Source: an uncultured Oscillospiraceae bacterium
Lineage (GTDB): Bacteria; Bacillota; Clostridia; Oscillospirales; Acutalibacteraceae
Assembly (NCBI GenBank): GCA_900553255.1
Contig: USCI01000001.1
Location: forward strand, 12,371-76,370
Direction of reading: 5' to 3'
DNA: 64,000 nucleotides
Positions 9,682-18,706 of the stretch are shown here, one piece after another. The translations under genes and the position numbers were made by a program. The number at the start of each line of letters is the position of its first letter. Position 1 is the stretch's first letter. The notes below the pieces were generated by a model that searched no databases, was not told where the DNA came from, and worked only from the letters and a program-made list of their open reading frames with translations.

Positions 9682-9722
9682 GCCTCTGCCGATGTTTTCC
9701 GACACCGGCAGAGGCTTTTTTA
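9682..9722 (+). terminator. rho-independent terminator
   Basis: GCCTCTGCCG ... CGGCAGAGGC stem followed by TTTTTTAT. Confidence 0.8.
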
Positions 9723-9756
9723 TTTATGGGAAGGGTGTTTTCTTGCCGGGGAATGG

Positions 9757-9785
9757 TTGAAAATCGGGAGGCGGTATGCTATAAT
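9757..9785 (+). promoter_or_regulatory. sigma-A type promoter upstream of aspS
   Basis: TTGAAA (9757-9762), a 17-nt spacer, then TATAAT (9780-9785). About 190 nt of AT-rich leader follows. Confidence 0.65.
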
Positions 9786-9977
9786 TTATCTTCAGACTGT
9801 AAATACTTGTCAATATTTTTTCCGGGTGCATGACGGTGTACCGGAAAATCATACTAAAAGCAACACATTGTTGTTTTGACAGGCGGATTTTGACGGCGTC
9901 AATTCCCATTTTTGGAATTGCCTGTTAAATTTTGAAAATGATTTGTTTAATCCTATCGACGAAAGGGCGAAACAGTT

Positions 9978-11729
9978 ATGACGAGGGCGAACATCTATCG
10001 CACCCACCACTGCGGGGAGCTGCGCGAAAACGATATCGGCAAACAGGTTCGGGTGGCCGGCTGGGTGGAGAATATCCGCGACCACGGCGGCGTTAAATTC
10101 CTGGATCTGCGGGATCATTACGGCGTGGTGCAGGTGGTGGTCTACGACGATGCGCTGCTCGCCGAGGTGAACCGGGAATGCACGGTCAGCGTCAGCGGCG
10201 AGGTGGTCAAGCGCAGTGAGGACACCTACAACGCCAAAATCGCGACCGGTACGGTCGAGGTGCGGGCGGATTCGCTGACGGTGCTCGGCAAGTGCGCCGG
10301 CAACCTGCCGTTTGAGGTGGCCTCCTCCACCGAAACCAAGGAGGAGGTGCGGCTGAAATACCGCTTCCTCGACCTGCGCAACCCCAAGGTGCACGAGAAG
10401 ATCGTGCTGCGCTCGCAGGTGATCGCGTTCCTGCGCAATAAAATGACCGAAATGGGCTTTTTGGAGATGCAGACCCCGATCCTGTCTGCCTCCTCGCCCG
10501 AGGGCGCGCGCGACTATCTGATCCCGAGCCGCAAGCATCACGGGATGTTTTACGCCCTGCCCCAGGCGCCGCAGATTTTTAAGCAACTGCTGATGGTGTC
10601 CGGGTTCGACAAATATTTCCAGATCGCCCCCTGCTTCCGCGATGAGGACGCCCGCGCCGACCGTTCGCCGGGCGAGTTCTACCAGCTGGACTTCGAGATG
10701 GCCTTTGCCACCCAGGAGGACGTGTTTGCCGCCGCCGAAGAGGTGCTGTACGCGGTATTTTCGCAGTTCTCCGGCGGCAAGCCGGTGTCCCCGGCGCCGT
10801 TTAAGCAGCTGACCTATGCGGAGTGCATGCTCAAATACGGCACCGACAAGCCCGACCTGCGCAACCCGCTGGAGATCATCGACATCAGCGACCTGTTTAC
10901 CGAAACCGATTTCAAGCCGTTCTGCGGCAAGACGGTGCGGGCGATCAACGTGCCCGGCTGCGCTTCCCAGCCTAAGAGTTTTTTTGAAAACATGCTCAAG
11001 TTCGCGACCGAAATCGGCATGAAGGGGCTCGGCTATGTCAAGGTCACCGAGGAGATGACCTTCCAGGGACCGATCGACAAATTCCTGTCCGACGCCGACC
11101 GCGAGGAGCTCAAGCGCCGCGCCGCACTCAAACCCGGTGACGTACTGTATTTCATCGCCGACACCGCCCAGCTGGCGCCCCGCCTCGCCGGCCAGATCCG
11201 TACCGAGGTCGCCCGACGCCTAAAGCTGATCGACGAGGATCGCTTCGAGCTGTGCTTTGTCAAGGATTTCCCGATGTACGAGCTCGACGAGGAGACCGGC
11301 AGGCCGGCCTTTACCCACAACCCCTTCTCGATGCCGCAGGGCGGCCTCGAAGCGCTCGAAACCAAGGATCCGCTCGATGTCCTCGCCTACCAGTACGACA
11401 TCGTGTGCAACGGGGTGGAGCTGTCCTCCGGCGCGGTGCGCAACCATGACCTCGACATCATGGTGAAGGCATTCGCCATTGCGGGTTATACGGAGGATGA
11501 TCTGAAAGCCAAATTCTCCGCTTTGTATAATGCGTTCAAGTACGGCGCGCCGCCGCATGCGGGCATGGCGCCGGGCATCGACCGGATGGTGATGCTGCTG
11601 ACAGGGGAGGAGAGCATCCGCGAGGTCATCGCCTTCCCGATGAACGCCAATGCGCAGGACCTGCTGCTCGGGGCACCCGGCCCGGTTTCGGAGCAGCAGC
11701 TGCGTGAGGTGCACATCAAATTGCGGTAA
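9978..11729 (+). CDS. aspS: aspartate--tRNA ligase (bacterial type, likely non-discriminating)
   Basis: 'YRTHHCGELR', 'FLDLRDHYG', 'FYALPQAPQIFKQLLM', 'QIAPCFRDED' and 'GMAPGIDRMVMLL' are class II AspRS motifs. Confidence 0.95.
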   Translation: MTRANIYRTHHCGELRENDIGKQVRVAGWVENIRDHGGVKFLDLRDHYGVVQVVVYDDALLAEVNRECTVSVSGEVVKRSEDTYNAKIATGTVEVRADSLTVLGKCAGNLPFEVASSTETKEEVRLKYRFLDLRNPKVHEKIVLRSQVIAFLRNKMTEMGFLEMQTPILSASSPEGARDYLIPSRKHHGMFYALPQAPQIFKQLLMVSGFDKYFQIAPCFRDEDARADRSPGEFYQLDFEMAFATQEDVFAAAEEVLYAVFSQFSGGKPVSPAPFKQLTYAECMLKYGTDKPDLRNPLEIIDISDLFTETDFKPFCGKTVRAINVPGCASQPKSFFENMLKFATEIGMKGLGYVKVTEEMTFQGPIDKFLSDADREELKRRAALKPGDVLYFIADTAQLAPRLAGQIRTEVARRLKLIDEDRFELCFVKDFPMYELDEETGRPAFTHNPFSMPQGGLEALETKDPLDVLAYQYDIVCNGVELSSGAVRNHDLDIMVKAFAIAGYTEDDLKAKFSALYNAFKYGAPPHAGMAPGIDRMVMLLTGEESIREVIAFPMNANAQDLLLGAPGPVSEQQLREVHIKLR

Positions 11730-11851
11730 AGCAGGGACCGGCCGCCGCGCGGTTTGGACGGCGGCCGTCTGCGTATGAAAACGGTTTTCGCCGGCCTTTT
11801 GTAAAAGGCCGTGGGGTTCGGGGCAAAGCCCCGGGATAAGGATGTGTGGAT

Positions 11852-12130
11852 ATGGTAACCCGAGAGGATGTACAGAGCATCGCGAGGCTCGCGAAATTGT
11901 CGGTCCCGGAGGATGAGCTGGACGCGCTGACCGGCGAGATGGCGAAGATCATTTCCTTTGCCGACACCATCAACGCGGCGGGCGCCGAAGCGGAGGAATT
12001 CGATAACATCAACGGCCTGTCCAACGCGTTCCGGGAGGACGTGGTGGTGCCCTCCTATCCCCGCGAGGAGATCCTGCGCAACGCGCAGGGCGGGGAGGAC
12101 GGCTTTTTTGCCGTGCGCCGGCGCCGCTGA
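11852..12130 (+). CDS. gatC: Asp/Glu-tRNA amidotransferase subunit C
   Basis: 'VTREDVQSIARLAKLSVPEDELDALTGEMAKIISFADTIN' is a typical GatC. ATG 11852 has better RBS spacing than GTG 11846. Confidence 0.9.
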   Translation: MVTREDVQSIARLAKLSVPEDELDALTGEMAKIISFADTINAAGAEAEEFDNINGLSNAFREDVVVPSYPREEILRNAQGGEDGFFAVRRRR

Positions 12131-12246
12131 GCGGCGGATAAGCCGACAATAAACCGGTGAAAGACCGGGATTATCCCTGCCGGGGCCGCCCGGCAGGTCA
12201 ATGCCCCGCGCGGAATCCGGGCGGGGAGGAAAGGACGTGACGGCGG

Positions 12247-13707
12247 ATGCCGCAGACAGGAAAAATTCGCAGGGTGCAGCAGCTGTATGCCCGCGGGGAG
12301 ATCACCTGCGAGGAGCTGACCCGGCGTTATCTCGACAGCATTGAGCGGGACAACGGGACACTTAACGCCTATGTGACGGTTACTCCCGACACCGCGCTCG
12401 AAGCCGCGCGGCGGGTGGATGCCAAGCTCCGCGCGGGCGAGACGCTCCGGCCGCTCGAGGGCATCCCGATGACCCTCAAGGACAACATTTCGACCCGGGG
12501 CATCCCGACCACCTGCTGTTCCCGAATTCTCGAGGGGTATACCCCGATCTACGACGCGACGGTGTGGGAGCTGCTGCAGCGCGAAAACGCGGTGCTGCTG
12601 GGCAAAACCAACATGGACGAGTTCGCGATGGGCTCGTCGTGTGAAACGTCCTGCTTCGGCGGGGCCAAAAATCCCTTTGACACCGGCCATGTGGCGGGCG
12701 GCTCCTCGGGCGGCGTGGCCGCCGCGGTCGGCGGCCGCCTTGCGGTGTACGGGCTCGGCTCGGATACCGGCGGCTCCATCCGCCAGCCGGCGAGTTTCTG
12801 CGGCATGGTCGGGCTCAAGCCCACCTACGGCGCGGTTTCCCGCTACGGCCTGATCGCCTATGCGTCCAGCTTCGATCAGATCGGCCCGATCACCGAAACG
12901 GTGGAGGACGCCGCGCTGGTGTACGACGCGATTGCCCGCTATGACGAGCGCGATTCCACCTCCCGCGGCGGCGCCGGGGAGACGGCGTCACAGCTTGACC
13001 GGCCGCTTAAGGGGCTGAAAATCGGCGTTGCGGAGGAATATTTCGACGGGGTGCGCGACGAGGTGAAGGCGGCGCTGCTCGCGGCGCTCGACGTGTACCG
13101 CGCGCTCGGCGCCGAAACGGTCGAGGTGGCGCTGCCAGAGCTGAAATACGCGCTGCCGGTGTACTACATCCTCGCGTGTGCGGAGGCGTCGTCCAACCTC
13201 GGCCGCTACGACGGTATCCGCTACGGCTATAAGACGCCTCACTACGACGACATCAACGACATGATCTGCAAGACCCGCAGCGAGGGCTTCGGCGCGGAGG
13301 TCAAGCGCCGGATCCTGCTGGGCACTTACGTGCTCTCCTCCGGCTACTACGACGCCTATTACAAAAAAGCGCAGAACCTGCGCGGCGCCATCGTGCGCGG
13401 GTTCGACCGCGCGTTTGCCCAGTGCGACCTGCTGGTTGCACCCACCGTGCCGATGACCGCGTTCGCCGAGGGCGATGCGGCGAAGGACCCGGTGGAAACC
13501 TACCTCACCGATATCTGCACGGTGCCGGTCAATATCGCCGGCCTGCCGGCGCTGTCGGTGCCCTGCGGCTTCGATGCGGCCGGCCTGCCCATCGGCATGC
13601 AGCTCATCGGCCGCCGGTTCGACGAGGCCCGGCTGCTCGCCGCCGCCTGGCGCTATGAGCAGGAGGCAGGCGCCGCCCGCAGCACCGCATGGGGCGTGGA
13701 GATTTAA
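12247..13707 (+). CDS. gatA: Asp/Glu-tRNA amidotransferase subunit A
   Basis: Amidase signature 'GGSSGGVAAAV' and 'GSDTGGSIRQPASFCG'. Sits between gatC and gatB. Confidence 0.95.
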   Translation: MPQTGKIRRVQQLYARGEITCEELTRRYLDSIERDNGTLNAYVTVTPDTALEAARRVDAKLRAGETLRPLEGIPMTLKDNISTRGIPTTCCSRILEGYTPIYDATVWELLQRENAVLLGKTNMDEFAMGSSCETSCFGGAKNPFDTGHVAGGSSGGVAAAVGGRLAVYGLGSDTGGSIRQPASFCGMVGLKPTYGAVSRYGLIAYASSFDQIGPITETVEDAALVYDAIARYDERDSTSRGGAGETASQLDRPLKGLKIGVAEEYFDGVRDEVKAALLAALDVYRALGAETVEVALPELKYALPVYYILACAEASSNLGRYDGIRYGYKTPHYDDINDMICKTRSEGFGAEVKRRILLGTYVLSSGYYDAYYKKAQNLRGAIVRGFDRAFAQCDLLVAPTVPMTAFAEGDAAKDPVETYLTDICTVPVNIAGLPALSVPCGFDAAGLPIGMQLIGRRFDEARLLAAAWRYEQEAGAARSTAWGVEI

Positions 13708-13735
13708 TGCGGGCCGCCCGTAAGGAAAGGAATGG

Positions 13736-15160
13736 ATGACCATGAGCAGGAGCTATGAGATGGTGGCCGGGCTGGAGACCCATGTGGAGCTGTCCACCAA
13801 AACCAAGATATTCTGCGGCTGCACCACCAAATTCGGGGGTGAGCCAAACACCAACTGCTGCCCGGTGTGCATCGGCCTGCCCGGCACGCTGCCCAAGCTC
13901 AACCATGAAGTGGTGCGCTATGCGATCAAGGCGGGGCTGGTGACCAACTGCACCATCAATCCCATCGCCAAGATGGACCGCAAAAATTACGTGTATCCCG
14001 ACCTGCCCAAGGCGTACCAGATCTCCCAGTACGACAAGCCGCTGTGCGAGCACGGATACATCGACCTGTCCAACGGACGCCGCATCCGCATCACCCGCAT
14101 CCACATCGAGGAGGACGCCGGCAAGCTGGTGCATTCCCGCGGCGACACCTTCGTGGACTACAACCGCGGCGGGGTGCCGCTCATCGAAATCGTGACCGAG
14201 CCGGATATCCGCAGCGTGGAGGAAATCCGCGAATACCTCGAAAAGCTGCAACTGCTCATGCGCACCATCGGCGTCTCCGACTGCCGCATGCAGGAGGGTT
14301 CGCTGCGCTGCGACGTCAACATCTCCGCGCGGCCCGCGGGCAGCGATAAGCTCGGCACCCGCACCGAAATCAAAAACATGAACTCCTTTGCCAACATGGT
14401 TAAGGCGGTCGACTATGAGTTCGGCCGGCAGGTGGAGCTGCTCGAATCCGGCGAGGCGGTGGTGCAGGAAACCCGCCGCTACAACGAGGAGTCCGGCGAG
14501 ACCGAAAGCATGCGCGGCAAGGAGGATGCGCACGACTACCGCTATTTCCGGGAGCCGGACCTGGTGACCATCGCCACCTCCGCCGAGGAAATCGAGGCGC
14601 TGCGTGCCGGGCTGCCGGAGCTGCCGGAGCAGCGGCTGGCCCGCTATACGGCCGGCTGGGGCATCCCGGAGACCGATGCGCAGCTGCTGGTTAAATACCG
14701 CGCGGTGGCCGACTATTTTGATGAGGCGGCGCAGGGCGTTACCCCGAAAACGGTCGCGAACTTCATCCTCGGTCCGATTTTCCGCCGGATGGAAACCGAG
14801 GCGGATAAGGAGGCCGGCAGCTTCCCGGTGCCGGCGGCACACCTCAACGAGCTGGTGCGGCTCATCGACAGCGGCAAGCTGCGGATGAACCTCGCCAAGG
14901 GTGCGCTCGACAAGATGATCGAAACCGGCAAGCCGGTGACCGAGGTGGTCAGCGAGGAGGATATGGCCGGTGTGGACGACAGCGCCCTGCAGGCGCTGTG
15001 CGAGCAGGCGGTTGCAGCTAACCCCAACGCCGTCAGCGACTATCTCGGCGGCAAGGAAAAGGCGCTCAAGGCGCTGGTCGGTTTCGTGATGAAGGCGACC
15101 CGCGGCACTGCCGACGCTGCAGCGGCAGAGAAAAAGCTGATTGAGCTTGTGCGCCGTTAG
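13736..15160 (+). CDS. gatB: Asp/Glu-tRNA amidotransferase subunit B
   Basis: 'YEMVAGLETHVELSTKTKIFCGC', 'NTNCCPVCIGLPGTLP' and 'SLRCDVNIS'. Confidence 0.95.
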   Translation: MTMSRSYEMVAGLETHVELSTKTKIFCGCTTKFGGEPNTNCCPVCIGLPGTLPKLNHEVVRYAIKAGLVTNCTINPIAKMDRKNYVYPDLPKAYQISQYDKPLCEHGYIDLSNGRRIRITRIHIEEDAGKLVHSRGDTFVDYNRGGVPLIEIVTEPDIRSVEEIREYLEKLQLLMRTIGVSDCRMQEGSLRCDVNISARPAGSDKLGTRTEIKNMNSFANMVKAVDYEFGRQVELLESGEAVVQETRRYNEESGETESMRGKEDAHDYRYFREPDLVTIATSAEEIEALRAGLPELPEQRLARYTAGWGIPETDAQLLVKYRAVADYFDEAAQGVTPKTVANFILGPIFRRMETEADKEAGSFPVPAAHLNELVRLIDSGKLRMNLAKGALDKMIETGKPVTEVVSEEDMAGVDDSALQALCEQAVAANPNAVSDYLGGKEKALKALVGFVMKATRGTADAAAAEKKLIELVRR

Positions 15161-15191
15161 GCGGGCGATGTCCCCTGCCTGACGGCGGGAT

Positions 15192-15241
15192 AAAAAACAC
15201 CCGGAAGAAAACCGGCCGGTTTTCTTCCGGGTGTTTTTTTA
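15192..15241 (+). terminator. rho-independent terminator after gatB
   Basis: AAAAAACACCCGGAAGAAAACCGG / CCGGTTTTCTTCCGGGTGTTTTTTT, a long perfect stem with a U-tract. Confidence 0.9.
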
Positions 15242-15346
15242 TACGTAAACTTAACATACGGTTAACTAAGGCCTGGTCGCGCGGCGGGAAGGATTCCGGT
15301 ATAGTAGGAGGTGCAAGGATAAAGAATAAAATGCAGGAGGAACGTT

Positions 15347-17953
15347 ATGAACGCAGGCAGAAAAACCCTTTCCGGACTGCTGGCGGCCGCTTTGTGTGCG
15401 GCGGCCATGCCCCTTACCCCGTTGGCGCAGGCACCTGACCACCTGGTAATCAATCAGGTTTACGGGGGCGGCGGAAAAGGCGACACCCCGTTTTCCCACA
15501 GCTTTATCGAGCTGTACAATCCCACCGATGCCGCCGTTGCGCTCGACGGCTACACCATCACCTACTCGTCCAACCGGAGCAATCCCGAGGGCAAGCATGA
15601 CGGCTCCACCTGGAACAGCGACGGCTCGGTGGATGTGGTGGAGCTCTCCCTGAGCGGCAGCCTGCCGTCCCGTCACGCGTATCTCATCCGCTGTGCGGCC
15701 GAAGAAACCGATTCCCCGGCCGTGACGCTGAGCGATTACGATCGGGAATGGGATCAGGTGATCGACAACGAAAAGGCGGTCGAGGTGATCCTGTATGACG
15801 GCGAAACCCGTGTGGACGCGGTATCCACGCGGGACACCGATTTCCGTGATGTGGGGGAGGGAAACGCACCGGCCACGGACGAGATTTCCAAGCAGAAATC
15901 CCTGCGCCGCACCAATTTCTCCGATACGGACAGCAATGCGGCCGACTTCCGGGTGGTTGTGTGGAATGCGCTGCCCGCCGACCCGGCGCAACGGCAGGCG
16001 TTTATCGACACCTACCGTCCGCGCAGCCTCGCGGACGGGGAATGGACCGAGTCGCTGACACCGGAGGATGAGGAAGAGAACCCCTCCCTTCCCGAACAGG
16101 ATTTTACCCGGAAAAATGACGGCTTTGAAAACGGTTCCGCTATGGATCTGAACAAAATCGGCAGCTACATTTCCGACTATTCCAACAAGGACGGCGGTGT
16201 GGCGGAAATCGTCTCCTACGATGCCGCGGCCAACAAGGCCTGGGTGGTCAACGGCACCACCGGCATGCTCGATATTCTGGATCTGACCGGTGTTACCTGC
16301 GGCGTGTCCGACACGATGACGGCCGAATCGCTGGATATCAAGTCGATTGTGGAACGGGAAGCGGCGGGCTTCGCCTATGGCGATATGACCTCGGTGGCGG
16401 TCAATTCCGAGCGGGGCATCGCGGCCGTCGCGCTGCAGGAGGCCGGGTATGACAAGAACGGCAAGGTTGCCCTGCTGGATACCGAGGGGACGCTGCTCGC
16501 GCTGCTCGATGCGGGCTGCCAGCCGGATATGCTCACCTTTACGCCCGACGGCTCCCGCATCCTTGTGGCGAATGAGGGTGAGCCGCGGGAAGGCTATGGA
16601 CCGGGCATCGCCGATCCGGCCGGGTCGGTGACCATCCTGACGCTGGACATGGAAAACCTGGCGGAAAGCCGTTCGGAAACCATCGGATTCGAAGCCTTTG
16701 ACGGGCAGCGGGAGCAGCTTGCCGCTGACGGGGTTATGCTGAAAAAGGGTTCCCTGCCTTCGGCCGATTTTGAGCCGGAGTACATTGCGTGCGATGACAA
16801 AACCGCTTACGTCGCGCTGCAGGAGGCGAATGCGGTCGCGGTGCTCGACCTCACAACCAAAGCCTATACTGGCGTGTATTCCCTCGGCTACAAGGATCTG
16901 AGCCGGGAGGAAAATGCGATTGACCTGGTGGAGGACAATGCCTATTCGCCCAAAACCTATCCGCAGGCGGTGGGCGCCTATATGCCCGATGCCGTCTCGC
17001 TGTACAGCGCCGGCGGGAAAACGTATCTGCTGACCGCCAATGAAGGCGACGCCCGGGAATGGGGCAAGGATGCGGCGGAGTATGTCAACGAAATAAAGGT
17101 GACTCTTCACGCGGCGGACGGCAGTGCCGCCGAAAAGGTCCGTGTGGTTGATCCGGAGGGGATCGACGGCATGCCGGAAGGCAGTTCGGTGCTTTTCGGC
17201 GGGCGCTCCTTCTCGGTGTACCGCGTGGAGGCGGACGGGCTGACGCAGGTGTTTGACAGCGGCAATGATTTTGAAGCGAAAACCGCGGCATATATCCCCG
17301 CCTTCTTCAACTGCTCAAACGACGACAACGCGTTTGACAGCCGCTCCGCCAAGAAGGGGCCGGAGCCGGAAAGCGTTACGGTCGGCACCGTTGAGGGCAG
17401 AACCTACGCCTTTGTTGCACTCGAACGAATCGGCGGCATTATGGTATACGACATTACCGACCCGGATGCGGTCACCTACAGCAACTACATCAATACCCGC
17501 GATTTTGCGGAGGATCCCGACAAGGCCAATCCGGAGAAGAACCCGGGGTTCAGCCTGACCGGCGATTTTGCCCCCGAGGGTCTGTATTTTATCGGCGCTG
17601 ATCAATCCCCCTCGTCCACGCCGATCCTGCTGGCGGCCTTTGAGGTCAGCGGCACGGTCGCGGCGTACGCCGTCGGTGAAAGCCCGTCTACCCACAACCT
17701 GGATTATGTGCCGGCCAAGGAGCCTACCACGCAGGAAGCCGGCAACCGGGAATACTGGGTCTGCCGGTCCTGCCACAGGCTTTTTGCCGATGCGCAGGGT
17801 ACTGTGGAGACCACCCTGGCCGAGATTACTCTCGACAAGCTGACGGATGCCCCGGATACCGGCGTGCAGGCGCCGGCGTATATCCTGGCGGCGCTTGTGC
17901 TGCTGGGTACAGCGGCTTTGGGGGTTTTCGTTGCAAAGCGCAGGCGGGTATAA
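15347..17953 (+). CDS. secreted LTD (lamin-tail) domain + choice-of-anchor-I-like beta-propeller protein with C-terminal anchor
   Basis: Signal peptide. LTD motif 'LVINQVYGGGG..FIELYNPTD'. 'PEPESVTVGTVEGRTYAFVALERIGGIMVYDITDP'. C-terminus 'APDTG-VQAPAYILAALVLLGTAALGVFVA-KRRRV'. Confidence 0.75.
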   Translation: MNAGRKTLSGLLAAALCAAAMPLTPLAQAPDHLVINQVYGGGGKGDTPFSHSFIELYNPTDAAVALDGYTITYSSNRSNPEGKHDGSTWNSDGSVDVVELSLSGSLPSRHAYLIRCAAEETDSPAVTLSDYDREWDQVIDNEKAVEVILYDGETRVDAVSTRDTDFRDVGEGNAPATDEISKQKSLRRTNFSDTDSNAADFRVVVWNALPADPAQRQAFIDTYRPRSLADGEWTESLTPEDEEENPSLPEQDFTRKNDGFENGSAMDLNKIGSYISDYSNKDGGVAEIVSYDAAANKAWVVNGTTGMLDILDLTGVTCGVSDTMTAESLDIKSIVEREAAGFAYGDMTSVAVNSERGIAAVALQEAGYDKNGKVALLDTEGTLLALLDAGCQPDMLTFTPDGSRILVANEGEPREGYGPGIADPAGSVTILTLDMENLAESRSETIGFEAFDGQREQLAADGVMLKKGSLPSADFEPEYIACDDKTAYVALQEANAVAVLDLTTKAYTGVYSLGYKDLSREENAIDLVEDNAYSPKTYPQAVGAYMPDAVSLYSAGGKTYLLTANEGDAREWGKDAAEYVNEIKVTLHAADGSAAEKVRVVDPEGIDGMPEGSSVLFGGRSFSVYRVEADGLTQVFDSGNDFEAKTAAYIPAFFNCSNDDNAFDSRSAKKGPEPESVTVGTVEGRTYAFVALERIGGIMVYDITDPDAVTYSNYINTRDFAEDPDKANPEKNPGFSLTGDFAPEGLYFIGADQSPSSTPILLAAFEVSGTVAAYAVGESPSTHNLDYVPAKEPTTQEAGNREYWVCRSCHRLFADAQGTVETTLAEITLDKLTDAPDTGVQAPAYILAALVLLGTAALGVFVAKRRRV

Positions 17954-17978
17954 GCCAAACGATATGGCGTATTCTAAG

Positions 17979-18010
17979 AGCGGGCAGGCAGCGGGCCTGC
18001 CCGCTTTTTG
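17979..18010 (+). terminator. rho-independent terminator
   Basis: AGCGGGCAGGC-agcg-GCCTGCCCGCT followed by TTTTT. Confidence 0.85.
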
Positions 18011-18251
18011 GACAGAAAAAATTTTTCCGTGTCCGGTTGCGGCGGGGACAGGCTTCGCAGGGAACACGATCGCCTCCGGAAACCGCCTGTGAACCTGCCG
18101 GCTGCGGGTAATCCGGATGGGCTGTTGGGCCTTCGAAATTTACACAAATTGACAGTTATAATCCTCCGTGTAAAAGTCAGAATAATGAATGCAAACGCAA
18201 TTATTATTCAGCGGCGAAAATGCCGCCAACTTTGAAGGAGTGTAGTTTATC

Positions 18252-18506
18252 ATGGCTAGCAACAAAACGATGGTTCCTGAGGCGCGCGAAGGTCTTAACC
18301 GTTTCAAGATGGAAGCTGCGAACGAAGTGGGCGTCAACCTGAAGCAGGGCTACAACGGCGACCTGACCTCCAAGCAGGCTGGCTCGATCGGCGGCCAGAT
18401 GGTTAAGAAGATTTTCCCGGAACGCCAAACGAAATTTACCCGTGAAAATCGGCGCGTGCTTAATCACCGGATGGAAATCTGCTATACCGTCGATATGGCA
18501 ATGTGA
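18252..18506 (+). CDS. alpha/beta-type small acid-soluble spore protein with atypical C-terminal extension
   Basis: 'VPEAREGLNRFKMEAANEVGVNL..YNGDLTSKQAGSIGGQMVKK' matches the SASP core. RBS GAAGGAG. Confidence 0.85.
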   Translation: MASNKTMVPEAREGLNRFKMEAANEVGVNLKQGYNGDLTSKQAGSIGGQMVKKIFPERQTKFTRENRRVLNHRMEICYTVDMAM

Positions 18507-18521
18507 ACATACAGACAGCAC

Positions 18522-18556
18522 AAAACCGGCCTTTGCAAAGGCCGGTTTTGTTTTTG
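18522..18556 (+). terminator. rho-independent terminator after the SASP gene
   Basis: AAAACCGGCCTTTGCAAAGGCCGGTTTT followed by GTTTTTG. Confidence 0.85.
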
Positions 18557-18706
18557 TCAATTTAGCTGTATTGAAGTTTTCGGTAATCCTCCCGCCATCG
18601 GAGGACAGACTTCATCTCATCGGCTATGTCGGAACACGTTGGATTGTATTGATATAAATGCCGATTTCATCATTGGTCAGATGCATATGACACTTTCGGC
18701 ATTCGC

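Noticed and set aside
9786-9977. Possible T-box or other riboswitch in the ~190-nt AT-rich leader of aspS.
   Set aside because: I could not find the conserved T-box sequence, a specifier-loop layout or a terminator/antiterminator pair. Only a short TTCCGG/CCGGAA hairpin is present. An Rfam scan would settle it.
18100-18251. Forespore (sigma-G/F) promoter upstream of the SASP gene, and likewise upstream of spoVT (40690-40800).
   Set aside because: Such a promoter is expected biologically, but I could not find a convincing GHATR-N17/18-CATxxTA match by eye. TTGACA and TATAAT elements near 18147-18160 are only 2 nt apart, so they are not a functional sigma-A promoter.
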